A stretch of 64,000 bases of DNA from an uncultured Acidimicrobiaceae bacterium (GCA_964388105.1 CAYLYQ010000001.1:48711-112710); one strand, 5' to 3'; counted from the first letter of the stretch, positions 1 to 9,627 are shown. The notes: generated by a model not told the origin, from the sequence alone. Numbers and translations: made by a program.

Positions 1-558
1 GAGCATCAGTGACATCGCCTCGGCTCTCGTCGCCGGGTTGGTCTCCATGACTCCGCGCACCGCGGAGGTCACCGTCTTCGCCCCCGGCTTTCGCACCCCG
101 CGCATCGACATGCACAGGTGTTCGGCCTCGATGACCACCAGCACCCCCAGCGGATTCAGCTTCTCGTCGAGGGCCTGGGCCACCTGGGCAGTGAGGCGCT
201 CCTGCATCTGAGGGCGTCGGGCGTACCCGTCGACGATGCGGGCGAGCTTGGAGAGGCCGGTGACCCGGCCACGCGGGAGATAGGCGACGTGCGCCTCGCC
301 GTGAAACGGCACGAGATGGTGTTCGCACATGGAATAGAAGGGGATCTCCTTGACCATGACGATCTCCTGATAGTGCTCGTCGCCGAATGACACGTCCAGC
401 ATCTCGCCAGGATCCGAATCCAACCCTTCGAAGACCTCGGCGTAGAACCGCGCCACCCGCTGCGGCGTCTCGAGGAGGCCCTCCCGATTCGGGTCCTCAC
501 CCAGCGCTTCGATGATCTCGAGGACGGCACGTTCGATTCGGGGAAGGTCGATAGCCAT
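1..558 (-). CDS. folE: GTP cyclohydrolase I (FolE), 3' part runs off window start
   Basis: Manual minus-strand translation from ATG (complement of 556-558): [36 protein letters not shown]...[22 protein letters not shown]; the MCEHHLVPF motif is diagnostic of FolE; frame not in the ORF track because no in-window stop. Confidence 0.85.
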   Translation of the reverse strand, partial: MAIDLPRIERAVLEIIEALGEDPNREGLLETPQRVARFYAEVFEGLDSDPGEMLDVSFGDEHYQEIVMVKEIPFYSMCEHHLVPFHGEAHVAYLPRGRVTGLSKLARIVDGYARRPQMQERLTAQVAQALDEKLNPLGVLVVIEAEHLCMSMRGVRKPGAKTVTSAVRGVMETNPATRAEAMSLML

Positions 559-581
559 GCGCCGAGGGTACCTGGGGATTT

Positions 582-611
582 GTCCCCCCCACGCCGCAGG
601 CGTGGGGGGAC
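582..611. repeat. GC hairpin GTCCCCCCCACGCC-gcag-GGCGTGGGGGGAC, related to the CCCCCAC/GTGGGGG repeat family
   Basis: 13-bp perfect inverted repeat read directly in the folE/hicB-like divergent intergenic region. Confidence 0.5.
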
Positions 612-639
612 ACATCCTTCTTGCCATTTTTTCGCCAAA

Positions 640-695
640 TGACTTGACAGATGTCACTGTGACGCGTATGGTGACATCATTCTGACATCAGATCG
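640..695 (+). promoter_or_regulatory. Candidate sigma-A promoter (TTGACA-17bp-TATGGT) embedded in an array of TGACA/TGTCA half sites
   Basis: TTGACA at ~644-649, TATGGT at ~667-672 with 17-bp spacing; inverted repeat TGACAgaTGTCA (645-656); direct repeat TGACATCA-ttc-TGACATCA (672-690); locally AT-richer than the genome. Confidence 0.45.
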
Positions 696-820
696 ATGCC
701 AGAACTGACAGAAAAGGGACACCATCATGATGGCCGAAAGCCTGATGCTCTCGATCCCGAGTAGCCTCGAATCGATCCGAGAGATCCTGAATCAAGAGAT
801 CCGGTCACGGAGGAGCTGAA

Positions 821-1270
821 GTGCAGCTCAACCAGGCACTGATCGGTCTCGAGACCGCGGTGGAAACGCAGCTGCGGGTCGCCGGTCCTGAGGCGACCGA
901 AATCGGCACCCAGCTCATGGCGGCCCTGCAGCCTGCGATCAGACAGACTTTCTTCGACGTTCTTTGCATGGCCGCCTCCGAGGTGTCGAGCCAGCTCCCC
1001 GCCCAGCGGGTCGAGGTGAAGATCGTCGACGGCGACCCCGAGCTCGTGGTGAGCGCCGATCCGAGCCAAGTCGCGCACGACGCCGACGAGGACGACAGCA
1101 CGGAGACCCGCATCACGCTCCGGCTCCCCTCCAACCTCAAAGACCTCATCTCCCAGGCCGCCCAGACCACCGGCGAATCGGTGAACACCTTCGTCGTGGA
1201 CGCACTGAAGAGCCAGGCCCGCACCATCAAGACCGGCAAGACCACGGTCCGCACCACCATCGACCTGTGA
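821..1270 (+). CDS. HicB-family-like protein with C-terminal ribbon-helix-helix DNA-binding domain
   Basis: GTG start 4 nt after GGAGGAG; C-terminus RITLRLPSNLKDLISQAAQTTGESVNTFVVDALKSQ matches the RHH/CopG-Arc motif typical of HicB antitoxins; N-terminal ~100 aa domain of unknown function. Confidence 0.6.
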   Translation: MQLNQALIGLETAVETQLRVAGPEATEIGTQLMAALQPAIRQTFFDVLCMAASEVSSQLPAQRVEVKIVDGDPELVVSADPSQVAHDADEDDSTETRITLRLPSNLKDLISQAAQTTGESVNTFVVDALKSQARTIKTGKTTVRTTIDL

Positions 1271-2025
1271 TCGCCAAGACTTTCAGCGTCGGGGAACACC
1301 CCGAAATCGACGTTCGGATCCACGCAGGAAGGGTCGAAGTCGTCGAGGGCGAGCCGGGAAGGGTGGAGGTCACCGTCGACACCAACGACAAGGACTTCCA
1401 GGTCGGGCAGCGTGGGGATGTCATCGAGGCTTACTCCGACCGCGAGGCGCGCTGGCTCTTCTCCTCCCCTGCCGAAGTCACCATCACCATGCCCGCGGGA
1501 GGACGAGCCACCATTCGCACGGCGTCCGCCGACGTCGACGCAAAGAACGACTTCGAGCGTGCCCAGATCGACAGCGCCTCCGGCGACGTGCGCCTACGGC
1601 GAGCCGCCCGGGCGTCGATCAAGACGGCGAGCGGAAACGTCCGCGTCCGGGCGATCGACGAATCCCTGAAGGTCAAGTCCGCTTCCGGCGACATCAACGT
1701 CGAAGTGGCCGGCGGCACGGTGGAGATCTCGACCGCGTCCGGTGACGTCCATATCGGATCGAGCGACGCCTTCCTCGAGGTCAACACGGCTTCAGGCCGG
1801 GTCGTCATCGATCGCTACGTGGGAACCGACATCGAGATGAAGACCATGTCGGGGAACTTCGAGATCGGGCTCGAGACCGGCACCAAGGTCGACCTCGACG
1901 CCTCCAGCCTCTCCGGTCGGGTGACCTGGCCGCCCAAGAAGGACCCGCCGCCGGAACTGAAGCGTCAGATGCGGATGAAGGCGAAGTCGGTCTCCGGAGA
2001 CCTGACGATCAACCGGATCGAATAG
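1267..2025 (+). CDS. DUF4097-like beta-strand repeat protein (putative adhesin / LiaG-like fold)
   Basis: GTG start overlaps upstream stop (GTGA); repeated ASGDV/ASGNV/ASGRV strand motifs (ASGDVRLRR, ASGNVRVRA, ASGDINVEV, ASGDVHIGS, ASGRVVID); track ORF 964..2025 has an implausible Arg/Pro-rich N-extension. Confidence 0.65.
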   Translation: MIAKTFSVGEHPEIDVRIHAGRVEVVEGEPGRVEVTVDTNDKDFQVGQRGDVIEAYSDREARWLFSSPAEVTITMPAGGRATIRTASADVDAKNDFERAQIDSASGDVRLRRAARASIKTASGNVRVRAIDESLKVKSASGDINVEVAGGTVEISTASGDVHIGSSDAFLEVNTASGRVVIDRYVGTDIEMKTMSGNFEIGLETGTKVDLDASSLSGRVTWPPKKDPPPELKRQMRMKAKSVSGDLTINRIE

Positions 2026-2030
2026 ACCCT

Positions 2031-2062
2031 GCGGGGCGCCCCCTCGGCCCGTTCGGGCCGCT
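2031..2062. terminator. Bidirectional terminator-like hairpins between convergent DUF4097 gene and ftsH (GGGGCGCCCC palindrome; CGGCCC-gttc-GGGCCG)
   Basis: Inverted repeats read directly; B-module of the mosaic repeat family (CCCCTCGGCCCGTTCGGGCCGCTCCC). Confidence 0.5.
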
Positions 2063-2098
2063 CCCAACTCTTGAGCACGGAGAGGAGCTGGGGCGCGT

Positions 2099-4093
2099 CT
2101 AGGCCTCGGCGGGGCGGGGGCGGCCGGGGACCTTCTTCGCCGGCTTCAGCGACTCGCTGACGGGCGCAGTCTCCTCGGCCTCCACTGCCGCGGCGACTTC
2201 TTCTTCCTTGCGCTCGTGCGGGAACACCGGGTTGTCCGGGTAGCGGATGCGAAGTGTCCCATCCGATGCGTGCTCCCACTTGGGCACGTCGTGGAAGATC
2301 TCGTCGACCCGATCCCGATCCACGGACTCGTGGTCCAGGAGCTCGGCGACCATCCGATCCATCGCCTCTCGATGGTGCTCGAGAATCGCCCGGGCCTCTT
2401 CGTGGGCCGCGTTGATCAGCTTGCGAACCTCGGCGTCGATGAATGCGGCCACCTGGTCCGAGTAGTCCTGCTGCCGCGCGTAGTCCCGGCCGAGGAAGAC
2501 CTCGCCACCCGGGCGCCCGTACTGCATCGGGCCGAGCTCGTCGCTCATCCCGTACTCCATCACCATGCGGCGGGCGATGGCGGTCGCCTTCTCGATGTCG
2601 TTGGCGGCACCGGTCGTGGGATCGGCGAAGATCAGCTCCTCTGCGGTCCTGCCCCCGAGGAGCATGGCGAGCTGGTCGACCAGCTCACTGCGCCGTGCCA
2701 GATACTTGTCGTGATCGGGCAGGGCAAGCGTGTGCCCCAGCGATCGCCCGCGGGCGACGATCGTCACCTTGTGAACGGGGTCGGCGTTCGGGAGGGCGAA
2801 GCCCACCAGCGCGTGGCCCGTCTCGTGATAGGCGATGACCTTGCGCTCGTCGTCGGTCATAATCCGGTTCTTGCGCTCGGGGCCGGCGATGACCCGGTCG
2901 ATCGCCTCCTCCATCTCGGACATCGTGATCTCCTTCTTGCGCCGCCGGGCGGCGAGAAGGGCGGACTCGTTGATCAGGTTGGCGAGATCGGCGCCGGTGA
3001 ACCCGGGTGTGCGGCGGGCGAGGACCTTCAGGTCGACTTCGTCAGCCAGCGGCTTGCCCTTGGCGTGGACACCGAGAATGGCCTCTCGGCCGTCGATGTC
3101 GGGGGCGTCGACCACGATCTGGCGGTCGAAACGCCCGGGCCTGAGGAGGGCCGGATCGAGGATGTCGGGACGGTTGGTGGCAGCCATGACGATGACGCCG
3201 GAGTTGCCCTCGAACCCGTCCAGTTCGACGAGGAGCTGGTTGAGGGTCTGCTCCCGCTCGTCGTGGCCGCCGCCGAGACCGGCCCCGCGATGGCGTCCCA
3301 CGGCGTCGATCTCATCGATGAAGACGATGGCCGGGGCGCTCTGCTTGGCCTGCTCGAAGAGGTCACGGACGCGTGCGGCGCCGACACCGACGAACATCTC
3401 CACGAAGTCCGATCCGGAGATCGACATGAAGGGCACGCCGGCCTCGCCGGCAACGGCGCGGGCGAGGAGGGTCTTGCCGGTGCCCGGAGGCCCGTACAGG
3501 AGGACGCCCTTCGGGATCTTGGCGCCCATCTGGCGGTAGCGATCCGGGTTGGCGAGGAAGTCCTTGATCTCAGCCAGCTCCTCCTTGGCCTCGGTCAGGC
3601 CGGCCACGTCGTCGAAGGTGATCTTCGGCTGTTCCTTGCCAACGAGCTTCGCCCGCGACTTGCCGAACTGCATGACGCGGTTTCCACCGCCCTGCATCTG
3701 CATGAAGATGAACACCATGAAGCCGAGGAGGAACAGCCACGGCAGGAAGTTGATGAGCAAGGCCCAGAACCCGGGGGGCTCGGGGTCGGTGGACCATGCG
3801 ACCTGGTTGCGGTCCAGGATCTCGGTCAATTGGGCCTCGAAGCCCTCGACGTAGTTGGCGACGTGGTCATAGGACCCTTCGGGCGCCTCGGTGTCAACGA
3901 GACGCGCCCTGGCCTGCTGGGTGTTGCGGCCGAGGGTCACCTCCTCGTATTCGCCGGCTTCGATGTTGGCGACGAACTCGGAGATCGGCAGCTCTTCGGG
4001 GCCGGCCACCTGGTCCATCCACCACTGCGCGAGGATGGCGACCAGGATGATCGACATCCCGTAGACGATGAGCGTGCGGACGGTGCGGTTCAA
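2099..4093 (-). CDS. ftsH: ATP-dependent zinc metalloprotease FtsH
   Basis: N-terminal TM segments, AAA Walker [23 protein letters not shown], second region of homology, HETGHALV zinc-binding HEXXH. Confidence 0.95.
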   Translation of the reverse strand: MNRTVRTLIVYGMSIILVAILAQWWMDQVAGPEELPISEFVANIEAGEYEEVTLGRNTQQARARLVDTEAPEGSYDHVANYVEGFEAQLTEILDRNQVAWSTDPEPPGFWALLINFLPWLFLLGFMVFIFMQMQGGGNRVMQFGKSRAKLVGKEQPKITFDDVAGLTEAKEELAEIKDFLANPDRYRQMGAKIPKGVLLYGPPGTGKTLLARAVAGEAGVPFMSISGSDFVEMFVGVGAARVRDLFEQAKQSAPAIVFIDEIDAVGRHRGAGLGGGHDEREQTLNQLLVELDGFEGNSGVIVMAATNRPDILDPALLRPGRFDRQIVVDAPDIDGREAILGVHAKGKPLADEVDLKVLARRTPGFTGADLANLINESALLAARRRKKEITMSEMEEAIDRVIAGPERKNRIMTDDERKVIAYHETGHALVGFALPNADPVHKVTIVARGRSLGHTLALPDHDKYLARRSELVDQLAMLLGGRTAEELIFADPTTGAANDIEKATAIARRMVMEYGMSDELGPMQYGRPGGEVFLGRDYARQQDYSDQVAAFIDAEVRKLINAAHEEARAILEHHREAMDRMVAELLDHESVDRDRVDEIFHDVPKWEHASDGTLRIRYPDNPVFPHERKEEEVAAAVEAEETAPVSESLKPAKKVPGRPRPAEA

Positions 4094-4157
4094 GAAATCC
4101 TCAGGGGGAAGGGGTGCCGTAATGCTACGCCGGAGGTGCCCCTAATAGAACCCCGGA

Positions 4158-4679
4158 TCAAGGAACGTCGCCCATCACCCCGACGTACGGGAGGTTGCGA
4201 TATTTTCCGGCGTAGTCGAGGCCATAACCCACCACGAACTCCGGCCCGATCGGGAACGCCACGTACTTGACCTCGATCGGGACCCTCTGGATTCCCTCCT
4301 TCAGGAGCAGCGATGCGATCTCGAGCGAAGCCGGCTTGCGGACCCGCAGGCTCTTGACGAGGTAGTTGAGGGTGAGCCCGGAGTCGATGATGTCCTCGAC
4401 CACGAGCACGTCGCGCCCGGCGATCTCCTCGTCCAGGTCCTTGAGGATGCGAACCACGCCGGAGGTCTGAGTCGATGCGCCGTAGGACGACACGGCCATG
4501 AAGTCGAACTCACACGGCAGGTCGATGTGGCGGGCGAGATCGGCCATGACCATGAAGGCCCCGCGCAGGACACCCACCAAGAGGAGGTCCTTGCCCTGGT
4601 AGTCCTTGGTGATCTGGCGGCCCATCTCGGCCAGCTTGGCCTCGATCTCCTCTGCCGTGATCAAGGGCTTGATGTCCAT
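4158..4679 (-). CDS. hpt: Hypoxanthine-guanine phosphoribosyltransferase
   Basis: MDIKPLITAEEIEAKLAEMGRQI...VLVVEDIIDSGLTL PRPP-binding motif; start taken at internal Met of track ORF 4158..4871; conserved tilS-hpt-ftsH order. Confidence 0.9.
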   Translation of the reverse strand: MDIKPLITAEEIEAKLAEMGRQITKDYQGKDLLLVGVLRGAFMVMADLARHIDLPCEFDFMAVSSYGASTQTSGVVRILKDLDEEIAGRDVLVVEDIIDSGLTLNYLVKSLRVRKPASLEIASLLLKEGIQRVPIEVKYVAFPIGPEFVVGYGLDYAGKYRNLPYVGVMGDVP

Positions 4680-5884
4680 CCGCTTTCCTCTCTGGCGAGC
4701 ACGGAAAGGTAGCCGACGGAGCCGGGGACGTACCAGGCGACGGGCAGCCGCCGCCCGCCGGGGATCCAGGCGGGCACTCCATCCGCCATGACCGTGCCGT
4801 CCGGTGCCACTGCGAGGTCCGCTCCGGTGGCGAAGACGGCGGCCCACCGGCCGAGGGGGGCAACCTGGCAAACGCCGGGGTGGAGCACCACTTCGTAGAC
4901 GAATCCGGCATGGCGGGTCACACCCGGTCCGAGGGGGACGGTCAGGTCTGCTCCTGCCGGCGGGACGCCGATGACCAGGAACGGGCCACGGCGGGAGGCG
5001 GTGACCCCACCGCCCAATTCGGCGCTCGCGGCTTCGGAGAAGGCGACATCGGTGGCCCGCTCCACCGCGGCGAGGGTGACCGCTCCACCGGCTCGTTCGA
5101 TCATGGCCCGCACCACGCGGGCCCGGACCGGTTCGGCGCGTGCCCTCAAATCCCCCACCGCGACGATGACAGCTCCGTCCGCCTCGCGGACCGTGACGTC
5201 CTCCGTCAATGCATCGAGGAGGTCGGCATCGGCGCGGACCAAGGCGGCCGACCTGGTCACGGTGGCGGCGATGTCGGGGTTGAGGGCGGCGAGCGCCGGC
5301 AAGACGAGGCTGCGGATGTGATTCCGGGCGAGGGAGGGATCGGCGTTCATCGGGTCGTCCACGAACGGGAGGCCGGCCAGGACGGCGATCTCCCGCACCG
5401 CGTCGCGGCTGACATCGAGCAACGGGCGCCGGACGCCGGCCATACCGACCCGGGGGATGCCGGCAAGGCCACGGGTGCCGGTCCCACGCACCAGGTTGAT
5501 GAGCACGGTCTCCAGGCTGTCGTCGGCCGTGTGCGCGGTGACGACGGTCTCACCCTCTCTGCGTGACTCGGCGAATGCGCCGTAACGGGCCGACCGGGCC
5601 ATGGCCTCCGGCGACGCCCCGGGGGCCACTTCGACCTCGATCACCTCGAGCTGGAGTCCGAGCCGCTCGGCGATGGCTGTTGCCGCGGCCCTGACGACAG
5701 GAGATCCGACGAGCCCATGGTCGACGTGCAAGGCGCGAGTCGTCCGCCCGGCCTGGCCCAAGAGCCAGGCGAGCGCCGCCGAGTCGGCGCCACCCGAGAG
5801 GGCGACCACGAGGTCGCCTTCCGGAAGATCGAGGAGCGCGAGGGTCTCGGTCGCCAGCTGGTTCAGGCGACGCGTCGCAACCAT
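4661..5884 (-). CDS. tilS: tRNA(Ile)-lysidine synthetase
   Basis: PP-loop LVVALSGGADSAALAWL near N-terminus; start chosen at MVATRRLNQL (track ORF 4661..6298 carries a low-complexity N-extension); overlaps hpt start by 19 nt. Confidence 0.8.
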   Translation of the reverse strand: MVATRRLNQLATETLALLDLPEGDLVVALSGGADSAALAWLLGQAGRTTRALHVDHGLVGSPVVRAAATAIAERLGLQLEVIEVEVAPGASPEAMARSARYGAFAESRREGETVVTAHTADDSLETVLINLVRGTGTRGLAGIPRVGMAGVRRPLLDVSRDAVREIAVLAGLPFVDDPMNADPSLARNHIRSLVLPALAALNPDIAATVTRSAALVRADADLLDALTEDVTVREADGAVIVAVGDLRARAEPVRARVVRAMIERAGGAVTLAAVERATDVAFSEAASAELGGGVTASRRGPFLVIGVPPAGADLTVPLGPGVTRHAGFVYEVVLHPGVCQVAPLGRWAAVFATGADLAVAPDGTVMADGVPAWIPGGRRLPVAWYVPGSVGYLSVLAREESGWTSSP

Positions 5885-6894
5885 CGCGCAGGATCTGAGA
5901 TCTCGTCGAGGGAGGGCAGCGACTCGGGGTCGGAGAAGGCGAGGTTGACCGTCTCCCACGAGGCGAGCCGCTCCACCTTGGCCACGAACTGCTCCCCCTT
6001 GCGGTACTGCTCCATCTTCATCTCGAGTCCCGTGAGCCGGAAGAAGGCAGCCGTCCTCCGGTCGAGCCGCCGTCCCTTGAGCACCCTGCTCATCCGGTCC
6101 TGGGCCTTGAGATGCTCGGCGCCCACCCGATCCATGACGTAGTGACCGTGCCCCTCGAGGAGCGACATCAACGCCTGAACCCGATTGACCACTTCGTGCT
6201 GCTCCGGTGTCGCGAAGAGCCCGAAGATCCCACGCTGGTCGATCAGGGGGAGCCCGGCGGTTCGCCTCTCCCCCATTTCGGAGAACACCCTCTGCCATTT
6301 GCCCGGCTCCGGCTTGGACGCCTCGACCAGTTCGGTGACGAGCCCGCCGAAGTAGCCGCGCAGCCAGGGCACCCCCTGGAACTGGGCGCGGTGAGTGAGT
6401 TCGTGGAGGGCCACCCAGAATCGGAATTCGGCAGGCCGAAAGTGGTGGCGGCGCTCCATCTGGATGATGTTGGGGCCGACGTAGGCCACGGTGTCGCCGG
6501 GCTCGCCCCCCGGGAGCACCAGCTCGTACTGGCCCAGCACCCGCCGCGACAGGACCGCAAGCAGCAAGCCGGTCTCCCGGTCGATGATCTTGCCCGCGGT
6601 GGCCGGGTTGCGGCCCGCACGCTCCAAGCGCTCTTCCATGTGCCGGCGGACGGGCTCGATCATGGCGGCGAACGACGCCACGTTGCGCTCCACCCAGTCC
6701 GTGCGACCCAGGATCACGGTCGTCGGCTCACCGGGCAGGTCGAGACCCGTGGCCTCGGGAACGATGCGCGAGACGCGCTCGGTGATCCCGTCCATCTCGT
6801 CGGCCAGGGCGGCGATGTGATACGTCTCGGCGAGTGCGTAGGACCCCGCCAACTTGGACACCAGGCGGTCCTCGACGGACCGGGTGGTGGTCAC
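5863..6894 (-). CDS. Zinc-dependent metalloprotease/hydrolase, DUF2342-like
   Basis: WVALHELTHRAQF HEXXH motif; ~340 aa; position upstream of tilS as in mycobacterial synteny. Confidence 0.75.
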   Translation of the reverse strand: MTTTRSVEDRLVSKLAGSYALAETYHIAALADEMDGITERVSRIVPEATGLDLPGEPTTVILGRTDWVERNVASFAAMIEPVRRHMEERLERAGRNPATAGKIIDRETGLLLAVLSRRVLGQYELVLPGGEPGDTVAYVGPNIIQMERRHHFRPAEFRFWVALHELTHRAQFQGVPWLRGYFGGLVTELVEASKPEPGKWQRVFSEMGERRTAGLPLIDQRGIFGLFATPEQHEVVNRVQALMSLLEGHGHYVMDRVGAEHLKAQDRMSRVLKGRRLDRRTAAFFRLTGLEMKMEQYRKGEQFVAKVERLASWETVNLAFSDPESLPSLDEISDPARWLRRVA

Positions 6895-7199
6895 TCCTCG
6901 ATGATGCGGTACCGCTTGCGCACCACGTTGGTGAAGTAGCGGATCGAGGTGATCAGGATCACCAGACCGGCCAGCACGAGGCCCGTGGGGATCAGGAAGC
7001 GGTAGGTCCAGTCGAGCACTGCGGGGGTGTCGACCGGGGGCTCGATCGGGACGGCGGGCGTCAGGTTCTGGGCAGGAGCGGTCGACGTCGTGGTCGTCGA
7101 CCCGTCCTCCTGGGCCATGGCCGGAAGCGCGAGGACGAAGAAGACGAGGGCGAAGAAGGCGAGTGTGGTGCGGAGACCCATCGAACGGCCGGCGCTCAT
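6891..7199 (-). CDS. Small exported/membrane protein (signal peptide plus C-terminal TM)
   Basis: MGLRTTLAFFALVFFVLALPAMA signal-like N-terminus, Thr-rich linker, C-terminal hydrophobic helix and basic tail; stop-start overlap with upstream gene. Confidence 0.45.
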   Translation of the reverse strand: MSAGRSMGLRTTLAFFALVFFVLALPAMAQEDGSTTTTSTAPAQNLTPAVPIEPPVDTPAVLDWTYRFLIPTGLVLAGLVILITSIRYFTNVVRKRYRIIEE

Positions 7200-7237
7200 G
7201 GCTGTGAGCCTAATCCCTGGCCCGGCGGGCGCCGAAC

Positions 7238-7474
7238 CTAGGAGTGCGCCTCGTAGGCCAGGACGGTCCGGATCCGGATGATCATCGCCTCGGGCACTTC
7301 CTCGTCGAGCTTGGCGCGGATCACCTCCCGCAGTCGCCGCTCGAAATCGAAGGGGCGGTCACACCCACCGCACTCGGCGAGGTGCGCCTTGATCTCATCG
7401 CAGCGAGCTTCGTCCAGCTCGACGTCGAGATAGGTGTACAGGTTGGCCAGTGCTTCGTCGCAGTCTCGACTCAT
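7238..7474 (-). CDS. rsrA: Anti-sigma factor, zinc-associated (RsrA/RshA family)
   Basis: [43 protein letters not shown] carries the ZAS HX3CX2C motif; start ATG overlaps sigma stop (ATGA). Confidence 0.8.
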   Translation of the reverse strand: MSRDCDEALANLYTYLDVELDEARCDEIKAHLAECGGCDRPFDFERRLREVIRAKLDEEVPEAMIIRIRTVLAYEAHS

Positions 7475-8097
7475 GGTCTTTCCGCCTCGTCGGGGAGCAG
7501 GCCACGCTGCTCCGCGAAATCCCACAACCTCTTCTGCATCGCCTTTCTTCCCCGGTGCAGCCGCGACATCACCGTACCGATCGGGATGTCGAGGATCTCG
7601 GCGATCTCCTTGTAGGAGAATCCCTCCAGGTCGGCAAGGAGCACGGGGATGCGGAAGTTCTCCGGAAGCTCCTCCACCGCCCTCTTCACATCCTCCTCGA
7701 CCAGGCCGTCGAGAACGCTCTCCTCGGCGCTGCGGGTCGAGTCCGCGGAATCACCCCGCGAGATCCGCCGGTACATGTAGAGGTCCTCGACGTCGCCCAG
7801 CTCCGACTCCTTGGGACGGCGGGAGTCGGCGCGGTATTTGTTGATGAAGGTGTTGGTGAGGATCCGGTAGAGCCAAGCCTTCAGATTGGTCCCCGCCTCG
7901 AACGACCCGTACGCCCGGTACGCCTTGAGGAACGTCTCCTGGACCAGGTCCTCCGCATCGGTCGGATTGCGCGTCATGCGCAAAGCCGCCGAGTAGAGCT
8001 GCCTCGTGTATTGGAGGGCGTCCTCTTCGAAGGTCGCCTGATCGGCCATCTGGGGAGGCACGGTAGCCGTCGAAATAGGGACTTTCGTCCCTGTCAT
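7471..8097 (-). CDS. sigH: ECF sigma factor SigH/SigR
   Basis: [28 protein letters not shown] (region 2), [18 protein letters not shown], region 4 [17 protein letters not shown]; start MTGTK at 8097, alternative in-frame ATG (MADQ) at 8049. Confidence 0.85.
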   Translation of the reverse strand: MTGTKVPISTATVPPQMADQATFEEDALQYTRQLYSAALRMTRNPTDAEDLVQETFLKAYRAYGSFEAGTNLKAWLYRILTNTFINKYRADSRRPKESELGDVEDLYMYRRISRGDSADSTRSAEESVLDGLVEEDVKRAVEELPENFRIPVLLADLEGFSYKEIAEILDIPIGTVMSRLHRGRKAMQKRLWDFAEQRGLLPDEAERP

Positions 8098-8127
8098 CAG
8101 GGCCGCGGACTCGGGTGAGATACGGCC

Positions 8128-9528
8128 ATGACCAACCAAACATCGCCCTCTGGCTCTGCCGTGGGCGGAAAGACATTCGATCGGCTCCTGATTCTCGTGG
8201 GGGTCGTCGCCGTGGTCACCGCGGTGATGGCCGGTGTCGCTGCGGTTCGCGCCGGCGAAGCCCCAGCTTCCGGTGGGAACGAAGGTGGGGCCACCACGAC
8301 CACCACCGTCGCCGACGGACCGCAGACGGTGACCTACACGCTGAACGAGTTCTCGATCAACGGCCCGGCCGAGATCGAGCCCGGGCCGACCGTGTTCCGG
8401 GTGACCAACCAGGGGGCGATCGCCCACAACCTGGCTTTCGAAGGGAACCAGACGCCCGACCTCGGCAACGGCGAGAGCCACGACCTCGATGTCGGTGACC
8501 TCGCACCCGGCACCTACACCATCACGTGCGAGGTGCCCGGACACGTCGGGGCCGGCATGACCATGACGCTGGTCGTCAAAGACGACGCCGACCCGGACTC
8601 CGGAGGCAGCACCGACCACAACGGCCACGGCGGCATGGGATCGCTCACCTGGCAGGAGGTCGAGGAGAACATGCGTCAGTCCGTCGTCTCCTTCCCGGCC
8701 GAGACCGCCGGCACCGGCGCCGAGTTGATGGAGCCGACCATCGGCGCCGACGGCGTCAAGGAGTTCCGCCTGGTGGTCGACGAGATCGACTGGGAGGTCG
8801 AGCCCGGCAAGGTCGTCCAGGGATACGCCTACAACGGGCAGATCCCCGGCCCGACCATCAAGGTCGACGTGGGCGACCGCGTCCGGATCATCGTCGAGAA
8901 CCGACTCGACATGATCACCTCATGGCACCCGCACGGGCTCCGCCAGCACCCCATCGAAGCCGACGGCGTCGGGTTCATCACCCAGAAGACGCCGATTCGC
9001 CCAGGAGAGACCTGGACCGTCGAGTTCGAGACGCCGGAGATCTCCGTGGCCATGTACCACGGCCACGACATGGGCCTGCACCAGGTGCCGAACGGCCTGG
9101 CCGGTGCCTTCATCGTCGGCGAGCTCCCCGTTCCCTCCGTCTTCGACGTGGTCTCGGAGGAAGTGATGGTGCTCAACGACTCCGGCAACATCGGCTTCAG
9201 CCTCAACGGGAAGTCCTTCCCTGCCACCAAGCCCTACGTCCTGAAGCAGGGCGAGACGATGCTGGTGCACTACATGAACGAGGGGTTGATGAATCACCCC
9301 ATGCACCTGCACAACAACCGGCAGCTGGTGATCGCCAAGGACGGCTTCCCCCTCGATTCGCCGTACTACGTCGACACTCTCGACGTCGCCCCCGGTGAGA
9401 GGTACTCGGTGCTGGTCATCGCCGAGCTCCCCGGCACCTGGGTCTGGCACTGCCACATCTTCAGCCACGTGGAGAAGCCCGACGGCACGATGTTCGGCAT
9501 GCTCACGGCGCTGATCGTCGAGGAGTAG
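8128..9528 (+). CDS. Multicopper oxidase with N-terminal membrane anchor and extra cupredoxin domain
   Basis: N-terminal TM; cupredoxin type-1 site [16 protein letters not shown]; MCO copper motifs [33 protein letters not shown]. Confidence 0.8.
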   Translation: MTNQTSPSGSAVGGKTFDRLLILVGVVAVVTAVMAGVAAVRAGEAPASGGNEGGATTTTTVADGPQTVTYTLNEFSINGPAEIEPGPTVFRVTNQGAIAHNLAFEGNQTPDLGNGESHDLDVGDLAPGTYTITCEVPGHVGAGMTMTLVVKDDADPDSGGSTDHNGHGGMGSLTWQEVEENMRQSVVSFPAETAGTGAELMEPTIGADGVKEFRLVVDEIDWEVEPGKVVQGYAYNGQIPGPTIKVDVGDRVRIIVENRLDMITSWHPHGLRQHPIEADGVGFITQKTPIRPGETWTVEFETPEISVAMYHGHDMGLHQVPNGLAGAFIVGELPVPSVFDVVSEEVMVLNDSGNIGFSLNGKSFPATKPYVLKQGETMLVHYMNEGLMNHPMHLHNNRQLVIAKDGFPLDSPYYVDTLDVAPGERYSVLVIAELPGTWVWHCHIFSHVEKPDGTMFGMLTALIVEE

Positions 9529-9627
9529 GCCGCTCTCGTACGAGCGCCGGGTCGCTTCGACGCCCCGGCGCTCGTGCCTCTGCCCGACTCCACTTCGCCA
9601 TCGGGGCGTTCTACGATTTAGGGACCG

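Noticed and set aside
156-638. 160-aa minus-strand ORF and 118..390 plus ORF over the folE region
   Set aside because: Wrong frames; the real gene is folE in a third frame (manual translation shows MCEHHLVPF).
964-1266. N-terminal 100 aa of track ORF 964..2025 as part of the DUF4097 protein
   Set aside because: Arg/Pro-rich frame overlapping the HicB-like gene in another frame; GTG at 1267 overlapping the upstream stop gives a sensible start.
2216-4270. 684-aa plus-strand ORF
   Set aside because: Antisense to ftsH; Arg/Gly/Pro/Asp-rich low-complexity translation typical of high-GC antisense frames; ftsH assignment is unambiguous.
8078-8091. GGGACgaaaGTCCC palindrome as a definite operator
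   Set aside because: Lies within sigH coding sequence if 8097 is the start; could be coincidental; reported only as a possibility.
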